Shown: positions 8,929-18,794 of the stretch, one piece after another
Numbering within the stretch: position 1 is the first letter of the stretch
How the letters are laid out: every line of letters starts with the position of its first letter
Position numbers and translations under genes: made by a program
NCBI GenBank assembly: GCA_041489005.1
Contig: JBGPQK010000008.1
Span: 6,602 to 70,601, forward strand
Length of the DNA stretch: 64,000 nucleotides
Direction: 5' to 3'
Source: Anaerolineae bacterium
Lineage (GTDB): Bacteria; Chloroflexota; Anaerolineae; Anaerolineales; Villigracilaceae
Notes under the pieces: model-generated
The model's database searches: none
What the model was told of the DNA's origin: nothing
Seen by the model: only the letters and a program-made list of their open reading frames with translations

Positions 8929-10494
8929 ATGAGGATACGCTCAATCAAAGGCCCTTGGGTTATCCTGGCACTGATGGCGGGCGGAGCCATCCTGCGGGTC
9001 GCGCATCTCTTCTCTATTCCCTTCGATGCTCCGTTTCATCTGGGCGGTCTATTCTACGAATTTTCACGCCAAATCATCCAAAATCATTTCGCCCTGCCCG
9101 AAACCATCCCGTATTACTCGCTTGGAGGCATCCCTTTTGCTTACCCACCGCTCGTTTTCTACCTCCAGGCGATCGTGATAGAGTTGTTTGCTCCTCCGCT
9201 TTTCGTGTCCGTCAATCTGTTACCCCCGCTGGTTGCTGCATTTTCGGTGCCCGCCTTCTACTGGATGATCAAAGGGTTCACCGACGACAACCGCCTGAGG
9301 ACTGCGGCGTTGTTCTCCTTCGCGTTGATGCCGAGTGCTTTCGTAAACCAGATCGAAGGCGCCGGGCTGGCTGAAGCATGCGGGACCCTGGTACTGCTTT
9401 TCTACCTGGGTTGGTTGTTTCGCTTCGAAAAGAACTCTCATCCAGCTCCTGCTCTCTGGGCCGGACTCTTCCTCGGGCTGAGTGTCCTTTCCAGCCCAGG
9501 CAGTGCCTATGGCGGCGTGATCATCTCCATCCTTTTCTTCATTAGATTTCTCGGGCAGGACTTTAAAAGGCGTTCATTCAAAAGATCCGCTTGGCTGTTG
9601 CTGACTGGACTGACCGGCCTGATTATCTCCGCACCCTACTGGTTGACGATCATCCTGCACCACGAATTCGGTGGCTTCACCATCGCCTTTCTAACACAAC
9701 AGGATACCTCTTCATTACTCAATCAGATCAGATACATGATCACCTTCAAACCTGCGGACATGATTACTTTCGTGTCTGACGAGGGCATCTATGGTTTCCT
9801 GTTTGACTGGTTGGTCTTCGCCGGGCTGATATGGGCCTTGTTGAACAAACAGGTTTTCCAGGCTGTGATCTTTTTTGCCGTCTGGCTGATTCCGCGCGAA
9901 GGAAGCTGGCTGGTTGCCATTCCAGCCGCCTGGCTGGCAGCCTCAGGAATTGTCCATCTCGTCTGGCCGCTTCTCCAAAAGGCCTTCTCGATCAGCGGCA
10001 TAAACAACAGACCACCGCTGGCTCCTGGGTTGCTGGCAATGGTTCTGGTGCTGCTGGGTCTGGCTAGTGCTGTGAACGCCCTGTACGACATGCAGAATCA
10101 GGCGGAATTGCAGATCAGCGCCGCGACAACTGAGACCCTGCGTCAGGAACGTCAAATCATTCCTCCCGGCGCACACGTACTTATCGCCGGCAACGGCGCC
10201 CTCCGTGAGTGGGCGCCAGCACTGCTGGAACGTCAAGTCTTGAATTGTGAGTTCGGGCTGGAATGGCAGCCGGATGAGTTAAAGCAAGTCTACCTCATCA
10301 ATGACGCACTCCACGCCAACGACCTGGCCGCAGCAATGGCAGCCGTCCAAGGTTACAGCGGGGATACCCGCCTCTGGCTGGTAGGGGATCCAGACCTGGT
10401 CGGAAAACTCGCCGCAGATGCCGGCCCGTCGCTTGAAATCTCCATCCAGGTCCATACACCAGAGGTTGTTTTTGCCATTATTCAAACGAAATAG
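8929..10494 (+). CDS. large polytopic membrane protein, possibly a GT-C-fold glycosyltransferase
   Basis: About 12 predicted TM helices in the first ~370 aa, then a soluble C-terminal domain. The N-terminal layout resembles GT39/ArnT-type enzymes. Function is not established. Confidence 0.5.
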   Translation: MRIRSIKGPWVILALMAGGAILRVAHLFSIPFDAPFHLGGLFYEFSRQIIQNHFALPETIPYYSLGGIPFAYPPLVFYLQAIVIELFAPPLFVSVNLLPPLVAAFSVPAFYWMIKGFTDDNRLRTAALFSFALMPSAFVNQIEGAGLAEACGTLVLLFYLGWLFRFEKNSHPAPALWAGLFLGLSVLSSPGSAYGGVIISILFFIRFLGQDFKRRSFKRSAWLLLTGLTGLIISAPYWLTIILHHEFGGFTIAFLTQQDTSSLLNQIRYMITFKPADMITFVSDEGIYGFLFDWLVFAGLIWALLNKQVFQAVIFFAVWLIPREGSWLVAIPAAWLAASGIVHLVWPLLQKAFSISGINNRPPLAPGLLAMVLVLLGLASAVNALYDMQNQAELQISAATTETLRQERQIIPPGAHVLIAGNGALREWAPALLERQVLNCEFGLEWQPDELKQVYLINDALHANDLAAAMAAVQGYSGDTRLWLVGDPDLVGKLAADAGPSLEISIQVHTPEVVFAIIQTK

Positions 10495-10532
10495 CAATCC
10501 TCGATAAACCGACTCTCAAGGAGCACTCTGAC

Positions 10533-11780
10533 ATGAAATCCGACCTCGACGCTCATATGCAAACGAAGAATCTCGATGCTATCCTTGTAATCGGCGATGC
10601 CACCCACAACCCGCCCATGTATTATTTGACCGGTGGAGGGCACGTTACCGGCGCGACCCTTATCAAGAAGCGCGGGAGCGAACCCGTATTATATTGCAAT
10701 GATATGGAACGCGAAGAGGCCGCTAAGTCGGGATTAAAGGTCATCCCATACAGCACCTACAATTTCGACTCCCTTTTAAAGGAAGCTCAGGGTGATCCAG
10801 GTCTAGCTTCGGCCATCCGGTATAAACGCATGTTCACCGATCAGGGCATGCACGGACGGGTCGGCATCTACGGCAACACGGATTTGGGGTCGGCCTTCGC
10901 CATCTTTGCCCATTTGCAGAAACTCATGCCTGAGTTCGAACTGGTTGGCGAGACTCGTGACAATTCTCTCTTCATGTATACCATGGAGACGAAGGACGAG
11001 GCCGAAGTCGCCCGCATCCGTAAGATGGGCAAAGTCACCACCACGGTCGTGGGGCGCGTCGCCGGGTATCTCACCAGCCGAGAGGTCCGGAAAGATGAAG
11101 TCTTGTTAAAAGAAGATGGTTCCCCGTTGACCATTGCAGATGTCAAATCCCGCATCGACCTGTGGCTGGCTGAACTGGGCGCTGAGAACCCTGAAGGGAC
11201 GATCTTTGCCATCGGTCGCGATGCGGGTATCCCCCACTCCGCCGGTACACCCACCGACCTGTTGCGCCTGGGCCAGACTATTGTCTTCGACATCTACCCG
11301 TGCGAAGCGGGCGGCGGCTATTTCTACGATTTCACCCGAACCTGGAGTCTGGGCTATGCCACTCCCGAGGCGCAGAGACTATATGACGAGGTAAAAACCG
11401 TTTTTGATAAGGTTCAGGAGAATCTCGACCTGAATGCGCCATTCAAAGACTATCAACGCTTGGTATGCGAAGAGTTCGAGAAGAACGGACACAAGACCCC
11501 GCTCAACACACAAGCGCCGGTGGAAGGCTACGTTCACTCGCTGGGACACGGCGTTGGGCTGAACATACACGAACGGCCCTGGTCTGGTCTGACTGCCGCG
11601 GACGATAACATCCTGAAACCGGGCGTGGTTATTACCAGCGAGCCGGGCTTGTATTATCCCGAAAAAGGCATGGGTATCCGCATCGAAGATACGCTCTTGG
11701 TTCGCCCGGATGGGACAATGGAAGTCTTGGCTGAGTATCCTTATGATTTTGTGTTGAAAATGAAGAAATGGAAGATGTAA
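10533..11780 (+). CDS. M24-family Xaa-Pro aminopeptidase
   Basis: Metal-ligand context VFDIYP...YFYDFTRT, HSLGHGVGLNIHE, EPGLY and IRIEDT. Confidence 0.85.
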   Translation: MKSDLDAHMQTKNLDAILVIGDATHNPPMYYLTGGGHVTGATLIKKRGSEPVLYCNDMEREEAAKSGLKVIPYSTYNFDSLLKEAQGDPGLASAIRYKRMFTDQGMHGRVGIYGNTDLGSAFAIFAHLQKLMPEFELVGETRDNSLFMYTMETKDEAEVARIRKMGKVTTTVVGRVAGYLTSREVRKDEVLLKEDGSPLTIADVKSRIDLWLAELGAENPEGTIFAIGRDAGIPHSAGTPTDLLRLGQTIVFDIYPCEAGGGYFYDFTRTWSLGYATPEAQRLYDEVKTVFDKVQENLDLNAPFKDYQRLVCEEFEKNGHKTPLNTQAPVEGYVHSLGHGVGLNIHERPWSGLTAADDNILKPGVVITSEPGLYYPEKGMGIRIEDTLLVRPDGTMEVLAEYPYDFVLKMKKWKM

Positions 11781-11858
11781 AGAATTCGTTGTTCGTAAAA
11801 GAGGAACTATTTCCGCCCAAGCGTTGACGTACAAGCAGATAACACTATAATCACCTCA

Positions 11859-12881
11859 ATGACCAACTTAAAACCCGCCCGCATCCTCGCCATCGAAACC
11901 TCCTGCGATGAGACCGCCGCGGCCGTGCTCGAAAACGGACGTGCGCTGCTGGCATCCACCGTAGCCTCCCAGATGGATATCCACGCTCGTTATGGCGGGG
12001 TCTACCCGGAAGTGGCTGCGCGCCAGCATGTCCTGTCCATCCTGCCGGTTATCGAGGAAACCCTGGCTCAGGCGCACCTGGCACTTGCGGATATCAATGC
12101 CATCGCCGCCACGCGCGGCCCAGGTTTGGCCGGATCGCTTGTGGTCGGGCTTAACACGGCCAAAGGTCTGGCACTCGGGACGGGTTTATCGTTGGTGGGC
12201 GTGAACCACTTGGAAGGCCATATCTACTCGGCCTGGGTATACAATGACGGGGATACTCCTGCCCCCGAGCCGAAGTTCCCACTGATGGCCTTGCTCGTTT
12301 CCGGCGGGCACACCGAATTAAACCTGATGGATGCCCATCTTTCTTACAGGCGCCTCGGCGCCACCCTCGACGATGCAGCTGGCGAAGCCTTCGACAAAGT
12401 TGCCCGCCTTCTGGGACTCCCCTACCCCGGCGGACCGTCTATTCAAAAAGCTGCCGAAGAGGGTGATCCGACGGCCTTTAAATTCCCGCGCGCCAGGCTG
12501 GAAGGGACTTGGAATTTTTCCTTTTCCGGTTTGAAGACGTCTGTCCTCAAAGAAACGAAAAAACTGGCCGGCAAGCCTTTGCCCGTGGCAGACCTGGCTG
12601 CAAGTTTCCAGGCGGCAGTCGTTGATGTGCTATTCAACAAAACGTTGAATGCGTCGCGCGAGTTTCACGTAAAGCAAATCGTCGTAGGCGGCGGTGTCTC
12701 AGCCAATAAACCCCTGCGTGATGTATTTCTGGCGCAAAAGGAATTTCCGGTCAACATCCCGCCTCTGTCGCTCTGTACCGACAACGCTGCCATGATCGCT
12801 GCAGCAGGTTATTTCCGTTACGCTCTCGGTCACACCGATGGGCTGGAGATAGATATTCTGCCGACCTGGCCATTATCTTAA
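11859..12881 (+). CDS. tsaD: tRNA N6-adenosine threonylcarbamoyltransferase
   Basis: ILAIETSCDETAAAV, HLEGHI and LLVSGGHT. Confidence 0.9.
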   Translation: MTNLKPARILAIETSCDETAAAVLENGRALLASTVASQMDIHARYGGVYPEVAARQHVLSILPVIEETLAQAHLALADINAIAATRGPGLAGSLVVGLNTAKGLALGTGLSLVGVNHLEGHIYSAWVYNDGDTPAPEPKFPLMALLVSGGHTELNLMDAHLSYRRLGATLDDAAGEAFDKVARLLGLPYPGGPSIQKAAEEGDPTAFKFPRARLEGTWNFSFSGLKTSVLKETKKLAGKPLPVADLAASFQAAVVDVLFNKTLNASREFHVKQIVVGGGVSANKPLRDVFLAQKEFPVNIPPLSLCTDNAAMIAAAGYFRYALGHTDGLEIDILPTWPLS

Positions 12882-13057
12882 CTGCCCCATAAAAAACACA
12901 AACCCCTGGGGGGACTGGCCCTAGTCCCGGCGGGGTCTGTTAAGGAGGAGAATTAATTATTATTATATGCTTTGAGATGAGAACAAGATGAACAAAGATT
13001 AAGTTGCAGATGAGAGAATTTTGGGCGGGAAACGAGGGGATTGTACCAAGAAATGGA

Positions 13058-13684
13058 TCAGACCTTTTGACCTGACACCTCCAGGATTTCACTTTTGGAG
13101 ATCGGCCCTGCGCGCAAAACCTGCGGCTCTGCTCCAATGCAATCCACCACGGTGGATGGGACTCCGCCCGGCGTCTTGCCGCCGTCGAGGATTAAGGCGA
13201 TCCGTCCACCGAGCTGGGCATAGACTTCCTCCGCCGTGGAGGGGCTTGGTTGACCTGAATGATTGGCAGAAGTGACCGCCATCGGTCCGGCTAAGCGCAG
13301 CAAGGCACGCGTCACCGGGTGGTTCGGGATACGCACACCCACTGTCGGCGTGGCGGAGACGGCCTCAGGAAGTTCTGGGTGTTTTGGTACCACCACGGTC
13401 AAAGGACCGGGCCAAAAACGGGCAGCCAGTTTTAGGGCAATTTCCGGGACTTCAGCGGATACTTTCGCCAGATCATCTACATCACCAATCAAAATCGGAA
13501 TGGCTTTTTCCACCGGGCGATCCTTGGCTGCATAAATGCTTTCTACCGCCGCTCCGTTAAAAGCCAGCGCACCCACACCATAGACCGTGTCGGTTGGAAA
13601 AGCCACTAGCCCACCCAATTGCAGGATTTCGAGGGCGCGCGGCAGGGCAAACGGGTCTTGCACAGATAAAATTACCGTCTTCAT
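13058..13684 (-). CDS. tsaC: L-threonylcarbamoyladenylate synthase (YwlC/TsaC type)
   Basis: FPTDTVYGVGA, GPLTVV and SANHSGQPSP. Overlaps the prmC stop by 4 nt. Confidence 0.85.
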   Translation of the reverse strand: MKTVILSVQDPFALPRALEILQLGGLVAFPTDTVYGVGALAFNGAAVESIYAAKDRPVEKAIPILIGDVDDLAKVSAEVPEIALKLAARFWPGPLTVVVPKHPELPEAVSATPTVGVRIPNHPVTRALLRLAGPMAVTSANHSGQPSPSTAEEVYAQLGGRIALILDGGKTPGGVPSTVVDCIGAEPQVLRAGPISKSEILEVSGQKV

Positions 13685-14556
13685 ACCTGTACTTCCAGCA
13701 GCCGGTCGTGACCGGCAATGTCTTTGTGCAGTTGAACCCGGGCGTTCGTAAAAGCATCAGACGCCAATGACAGCACCGCCGGACCTTCAGACGCTTCGAT
13801 TTCCATCAGCAGCAAGCCTCCGGGGATAAGCTGGTGGGGGACTTCTGCCAGGATCCGGCGGATGAGCGTCAGCCCGTCAGGACCGCCATCGAGAGCCAGT
13901 GTCGGTTCGCGACCATACACAGGGATTTTATACAGGGTGCTGGATGGAATATATGGCGGGTTGGATACGATCAGGGAGAAGGAATCGGAGATAGCAGGGT
14001 TGGGAAACAGGTCGGTCTCGAGAAAAGTGATATCTCGAGAGACATTCATTTTTTCGGCATTACGGCGAGCAACTTTCAAAGCAGCAAAGGAAATGTCGGT
14101 GGCAGTGATTGATAAGCCCACTACATTGACCGCCATGGAAATTGCAATGCAACCAGAACCGGTGCCCACATCCATTACTCTCAACTCCCGACTCCCGGGT
14201 TCCGACTTTCTCAACCAGGCAATCGCCCGCTCAACCAGCATTTCGGTCTCCGGGCGGGGGATGAGCACATCGGGCGTTACTTCGAACTCCAGGCCGAAAA
14301 ATTCCCAATGACCGACGATGTACGGGAGCGGCTTGCCTCCCTCCAGGCGCGCAACAAGCGTTTCCAATCCGGCATTCTGGCTTCTGGTCAGGGGCTCTTC
14401 TGAGTGGGCCAGCACCCAGGAACGCGGTTTGTCCAACAGGCACGCCAACAACATTTGGGCATCCAGGCCCGGCATGTCACTTGTCATTTTCAAACGGGTA
14501 ATTAGACCGCCGAGGGTTTCCCCAATGGTCTTTCCACGGGCCTTACTCGGCACCAT
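13681..14556 (-). CDS. prmC: release-factor glutamine N5-methyltransferase
   Basis: SAM motif DVGTGSGCI and catalytic SNPPYIP. The track ORF extends to 14625. The ATG at 14556 reduces the overlap with the prfA 3' end (about 80 nt from 14625) to 14 nt. Confidence 0.85.
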   Translation of the reverse strand: MVPSKARGKTIGETLGGLITRLKMTSDMPGLDAQMLLACLLDKPRSWVLAHSEEPLTRSQNAGLETLVARLEGGKPLPYIVGHWEFFGLEFEVTPDVLIPRPETEMLVERAIAWLRKSEPGSRELRVMDVGTGSGCIAISMAVNVVGLSITATDISFAALKVARRNAEKMNVSRDITFLETDLFPNPAISDSFSLIVSNPPYIPSSTLYKIPVYGREPTLALDGGPDGLTLIRRILAEVPHQLIPGGLLLMEIEASEGPAVLSLASDAFTNARVQLHKDIAGHDRLLEVQV

Positions 14557-15622
14557 ACTCCATCCCGCTGGCAGACAGGCGGTCAGCCTCGTCACGGGAG
14601 GAGAGTTCCTCGATAAACTGATCAATGCTCCCCTCCATTACGACCGGAAGGTTGAAGATCGAAACGTTGATGCGATGGTCGGTGACGCGGTTTTGCGGGT
14701 AATTATAAGTGCGGATCTTTTCGGACCGTTCGCCGGTACCCACCTGTGAGCGGCGGTCGGCATCCTGTGTGGAGCGTCGTTTCTCTTCTTCGATTTCGTA
14801 AAGACGCGCCCGCAAAATGGACAATGCGCGCAGTTTGTTCTGCAGTTGTGACCGTTCATCCTGGACAGCGACCACCATACCGGTTGGGATATGAGTGATG
14901 CGGATGGCCGTGGCATTCTTCTGAACATTCTGGCCGCCCGCGCCGGAAGAGCGGAAAACGTCAATTTTCATGTCCGACTCGGGGATTTCCACATCCACAT
15001 CCTCCACTTCAGCGAGAACTGCCACGGTGGCAGTGGAAGTGTGAATACGTCCCGAAGACTCGGTGGCAGGGACCCGTTGGACGCGGTGCACACCCGACTC
15101 GTATTTGAGTTTCGAAAAAGCGCCCTTGCCTTTGACTTGGAAAACTACCTCCTTGAAACCACCCACGCCAATCGCATTTGAATCCATCAGCTCGACTTTC
15201 CAGCCCTGGCGTTCTGCATAACGCGTGTACATGCGATACAGGTCAGCGGCGAAAATGGCTGCTTCCTCTCCACCCGTTCCGGCGCGAATTTCGACAAACA
15301 CATTTTTATCGTCGCGCGGGTCCTTGGGCACAAGCATCAGCTTGAGTTCCTTTTCAAGCAATGCCGCCTGCGGTTCCAGATCAGAAATTTCCGACTCGGC
15401 CAGAAGGCGCATTTCAGCATCTTCTTCGGTCGCGGCAATTCCGCGGGCTTCTTCCAGGCGCGCCATGTCGCGGCGGTATTCTTCCATTTTTTCGACCATG
15501 GGTTCCAGATCGAGGCGTTCTTTGTTCAGTTCGGCAGCGCGTTGATAATCGTCGCCCACTTCCAACAGAAGACCCTGAAGTTCTTCGTATCGTCTCTTAA
15601 TTCCAGCAAGTTTTTCGAGCAT
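14543..15622 (-). CDS. prfA: peptide chain release factor 1
   Basis: RF1-specific PAT tripeptide (RVPATES) and the GGQ motif (SSGAGGQNVQK). Start set at MLEKLAGIKRRYEEL (ATG 15622) rather than the track's upstream start. Confidence 0.9.
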   Translation of the reverse strand: MLEKLAGIKRRYEELQGLLLEVGDDYQRAAELNKERLDLEPMVEKMEEYRRDMARLEEARGIAATEEDAEMRLLAESEISDLEPQAALLEKELKLMLVPKDPRDDKNVFVEIRAGTGGEEAAIFAADLYRMYTRYAERQGWKVELMDSNAIGVGGFKEVVFQVKGKGAFSKLKYESGVHRVQRVPATESSGRIHTSTATVAVLAEVEDVDVEIPESDMKIDVFRSSGAGGQNVQKNATAIRITHIPTGMVVAVQDERSQLQNKLRALSILRARLYEIEEEKRRSTQDADRRSQVGTGERSEKIRTYNYPQNRVTDHRINVSIFNLPVVMEGSIDQFIEELSSRDEADRLSASGMEYGAE

Positions 15623-15810
15623 AAATGACCTTTTCTCGGTATGACGGATACATCTTACGCACGTGTCATATTCTTGTGTCCCGTCTTTTGGGGATATCAT
15701 CCCCAATCGGGGTTTTCATCCCTCGCGAAGCATATTATTTCCAAAGGGAATACCCGAAGCGTCCGCAATGTTAAAATATCCTTGGTGGGAGACACCCGAA
15801 GATGTCACCG

Positions 15811-15936
15811 TTACTTGATGAGGGACAACAGCATGGTCGAGAGAACAATCACCGAGATAATAACAAAAATTACCCGATACGTGCGTGTCTGTCGCTGCTC
15901 TCTGGTTGTTTTTGTCGCATTTTTACCTTTTGCCAT
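15811..15936 (-). CDS. 41-aa basic N-terminus plus single-TM micro-protein (below the ORF-track cutoff)
   Basis: Read by hand as MAKGKNATKTTREQRQTRTYRVIFVIISVIVLSTMLLSLIK*. GAGG lies 11 nt upstream of the ATG. A UUCG-loop hairpin follows the stop. Confidence 0.35.
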   Translation of the reverse strand: MAKGKNATKTTREQRQTRTYRVIFVIISVIVLSTMLLSLIK

Positions 15937-16116
15937 CTCTTCTGCCTCACTTCTTGTCATCAAATATGGACCTGTTTATTATTTTCTAAATGCGCCTTAT
16001 ACATCTTTTTATAACCGTATCCAGCACAACTTTTTCAGCCTGTGGCACCGGTGGATAAGAGCGTCCTTTTGGTGCCTCTAACTTACTTCGTGTTCGTTGT
16101 GCCCTTATTGGTTAAA

Positions 16117-18003
16117 TCATTCCAGTTGCGCTTTGATACTTTCAGCTAATGCCTTATTAATTCCCGGCACGGCGCTCAATTCTACCACCGAAGCCTCTCT
16201 TATCTTATCCACCGAACCGAAATGTTTCAATAGGGCTTTCCGCTTGACAGGGCCAATACCTGGGAGAGAATCCAGAACCGAGGCCATGCCCTGCTTCGTC
16301 CTCCGCGCCCGGTGCGCGGTAATAGCAAAGCGGTGTGCTTCGTCACGGATGCGCTGGATAAGGTATAGCCCTTGCGAATGGCGCGGCAGCATCAAAGAAT
16401 CAGGCTTGTTTGGGAAGAAGATCTCCTCCTCCTGCTTGGCCAGACCCACCACTGGCACTTTGTCAAACAATTCGAATTTATGGAGGACATCCATCGCGCG
16501 GGATAGCTGACCCTTGCCACCATCCACAATCAATAGGTCTGGCAGAAAGGCGAAGGATTCATCCGGTTTGGACCCGGGGGCTGCAACGGGCGATGTAGAT
16601 GGGTCGGTATCCCTTGCCACCTCCCAGCGCTTGAAGCGACGCCTCAGCACTTCCTCCATGCTGGCGAAATCATCAGGGGCGCCGATTGACCCTTCCACAT
16701 TGAACCGGCGGTAGAGTTTTTTATCCGGCACACCTTGCGTGAAAACAACCATGCTCCCAACGGTTGCCACCCCCTGGGTATGAGAAATATCATAGCACTC
16801 GATGCGATTGGGAGGATGAGGCAATTGCAGGGCAGACTGTAACTCGGCCAGCGCCTGTTCCTGCTTGTGAGCGTCGGACTGCCACTGCGTCCGCAAGGCT
16901 TGCAAGGTCTCGGCAGCGTTTTCGGCAGCCATCTCGACCAGGTCATGCGGCTGGCCATTGCGCGGAACAATCATCTCGGTTTTCTCACCGCCCCGTCGTG
17001 ACCGCAGCCACTGGCCGATGATCTGGGCTTCCTCGATCTCCTGAGGCAGTAGTACCTGAGCGGGTATTTCCGCCGCTTCAGTATAAAATTGTTTGACAAA
17101 CTCTGCCATTACTTCTTTATCAGTCGTATCTTCCGTGCCTTCGAGCACGAAATATTCACGTCCGATCAGTTTGCCGCTCCGTATGAAGAAGATCTGTACA
17201 CAAGCTTCGTTATCGGCGCGCGCCATGGCAATTACATCCGAATCCTTGTAATCTGCCGCAAAAACAACCTTCTGGCGCTCAACGATGGATTGCATGGCCT
17301 TCAACTGGTCGCGCAAGGCCGCAGCCTTCTCGAAACGCATTTCCTCTGCCGCCCTATCCATTTCCTGCTGGACACGTGCAATAATAGCCTCGGAGTGGCC
17401 GTTGAGGAACTCCTGTAAGTCGGAGATCATCTGGCGGTATTGCTGCTGGTTCACTTCGCCAATGCAGGGCGCAAGGCAAAGTTTGATGTCGTAGTACAGG
17501 CAGGCGCGTTTATCCTGGCCGGTGATCTCCCGGTCACAGGTCAGGTATGGGAAGACGCGCCGCAACACATCCAGGGTCTGATAGACTGCCCAAGCGGAAG
17601 TGTATGGCCCAAAATAGCGCGCCCCGTCGTCAAGCATCAAGCGCGTCACGGTGACTCTGGGATACGGCTCATTCCAGTGGATTTTGATGTATGGGTAGCG
17701 TTTGTCATCTTTCAGTCGAATGTTGTACTTCGGTCGATGCTTCTTGATGAGGTTCATCTCGAGAATAAGCGCCTCGAGTTCGGACCCGACTAAAATCCAT
17801 TCAATGTGGGTGATCTCACGCACTAGGCGACGCGTCTTGTGGTCCTGGCTGGAATCAGCGCGGAAATACGAGCGGACGCGGTTCTTCAGGCTGATCGCCT
17901 TGCCGACGTAGATGATCTTCCCCTCGGCGTTATTCATCAGGTAACAGCCGGGCTTGGATGGGAGGGTCGCCAGAATCCCCTGGAGGTGTTCGCTAATCTC
18001 CAT
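16117..18003 (-). CDS. uvrC: excinuclease ABC subunit C
   Basis: GIY-YIG N-terminus (GCYLMNNAEGKIIYVGKA), a UVR domain, the endonuclease domain and a C-terminal (HhH)2. Confidence 0.92.
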   Translation of the reverse strand: MEISEHLQGILATLPSKPGCYLMNNAEGKIIYVGKAISLKNRVRSYFRADSSQDHKTRRLVREITHIEWILVGSELEALILEMNLIKKHRPKYNIRLKDDKRYPYIKIHWNEPYPRVTVTRLMLDDGARYFGPYTSAWAVYQTLDVLRRVFPYLTCDREITGQDKRACLYYDIKLCLAPCIGEVNQQQYRQMISDLQEFLNGHSEAIIARVQQEMDRAAEEMRFEKAAALRDQLKAMQSIVERQKVVFAADYKDSDVIAMARADNEACVQIFFIRSGKLIGREYFVLEGTEDTTDKEVMAEFVKQFYTEAAEIPAQVLLPQEIEEAQIIGQWLRSRRGGEKTEMIVPRNGQPHDLVEMAAENAAETLQALRTQWQSDAHKQEQALAELQSALQLPHPPNRIECYDISHTQGVATVGSMVVFTQGVPDKKLYRRFNVEGSIGAPDDFASMEEVLRRRFKRWEVARDTDPSTSPVAAPGSKPDESFAFLPDLLIVDGGKGQLSRAMDVLHKFELFDKVPVVGLAKQEEEIFFPNKPDSLMLPRHSQGLYLIQRIRDEAHRFAITAHRARRTKQGMASVLDSLPGIGPVKRKALLKHFGSVDKIREASVVELSAVPGINKALAESIKAQLE

Positions 18004-18122
18004 GCGGGTGATTCTAACATGTTCTGGAAGCCGGGCACATCCAGGAGAAAAGGGAGCGTAGGGCTTTTATAATGTCGACGTTCTGTGGTTTAGCAATTAC
18101 AGCAATTAATCCATAAAGGAGT

Positions 18123-18162
18123 AAAAAAACACCCGCAGTCAGATAGGAACTGAACGCGGGTG
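18123..18162 (-). terminator. intrinsic terminator after the lipoprotein gene
   Basis: On the minus strand, stem ACACCCGC / GCGGGTGT is followed by TTTTTTT. Confidence 0.6.
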
Positions 18163-18182
18163 TTTTGATTCCTTGCTCGCAC

Positions 18183-18713
18183 TCAAGGGGTCGGTGTGGA
18201 GGTCTCCGGGACATAGGTCGCCCCGACTAGGCGGGCCAGTTCCTGGTTGTACTGTGAGTGCAAGGCCTGCGCCTGGGCGATCCCCTGGGCGACGGTCTGG
18301 CTGTTCGTGTCGCGCACCTGTACAAAGACCAGCAGGGTGTTGATGAAGGTGTTCATCTCCTGCAGCTGCAGTGACTTCAACGTCGACAGGCAATCCGGGA
18401 CCTGCAGGTCCTCTGCCCGGCGGCGGACCGCCTGCAGGGACGGAATGACATCCACCAGCTGATCCACCTGGACGACAGCCGCCAGTTGGGCGGCGTCGTC
18501 GAACTCACGCATCAGGTCGTTGACCGGCTTGATCTCGGCGATCCGGTTCTCGGGTGCACATGGGTCATAGGGGGACGTTGCGGTTGGGGTAGCGGTCGTC
18601 TCCCCAGGGGACTTTGCAGTCGGGGTGGCAGTCGTCTCCCTGCAGGCCGCCAGCAGGAGCAGGACCGACAGGGTTGACATTACAAGGATGATGAATTGTT
18701 TGATGGATTTCAT
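18183..18713 (-). CDS. hypothetical lipoprotein
   Basis: Signal peptide ending in the lipobox LLLAAC, a tandem T/P-rich linker (TTATPTAKSPGETTATPTATSP) and a helical C-terminal domain. No family recognised. Confidence 0.6.
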   Translation of the reverse strand: MKSIKQFIILVMSTLSVLLLLAACRETTATPTAKSPGETTATPTATSPYDPCAPENRIAEIKPVNDLMREFDDAAQLAAVVQVDQLVDVIPSLQAVRRRAEDLQVPDCLSTLKSLQLQEMNTFINTLLVFVQVRDTNSQTVAQGIAQAQALHSQYNQELARLVGATYVPETSTPTP

Positions 18714-18794
18714 GAGCCCTCAAAATAGAAACAAAAATAACGATGAGGGACGGCGGCTGCCGTCCCTCAGGATTGTAGCACGAAACCGGCCAGT

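Noticed and set aside
14543-15622. A programmed +1 frameshift, as seen in release-factor genes.
   Set aside because: That mechanism belongs to prfB (RF2). This gene has the RF1 PAT motif and a single uninterrupted frame.
15641-16081. A 146-aa plus-strand ORF between prfA and uvrC.
   Set aside because: Its composition is odd (C/F/Y/R-rich) and it has no RBS. It lies antisense to a more plausible small membrane ORF and to the prfA leader hairpins.
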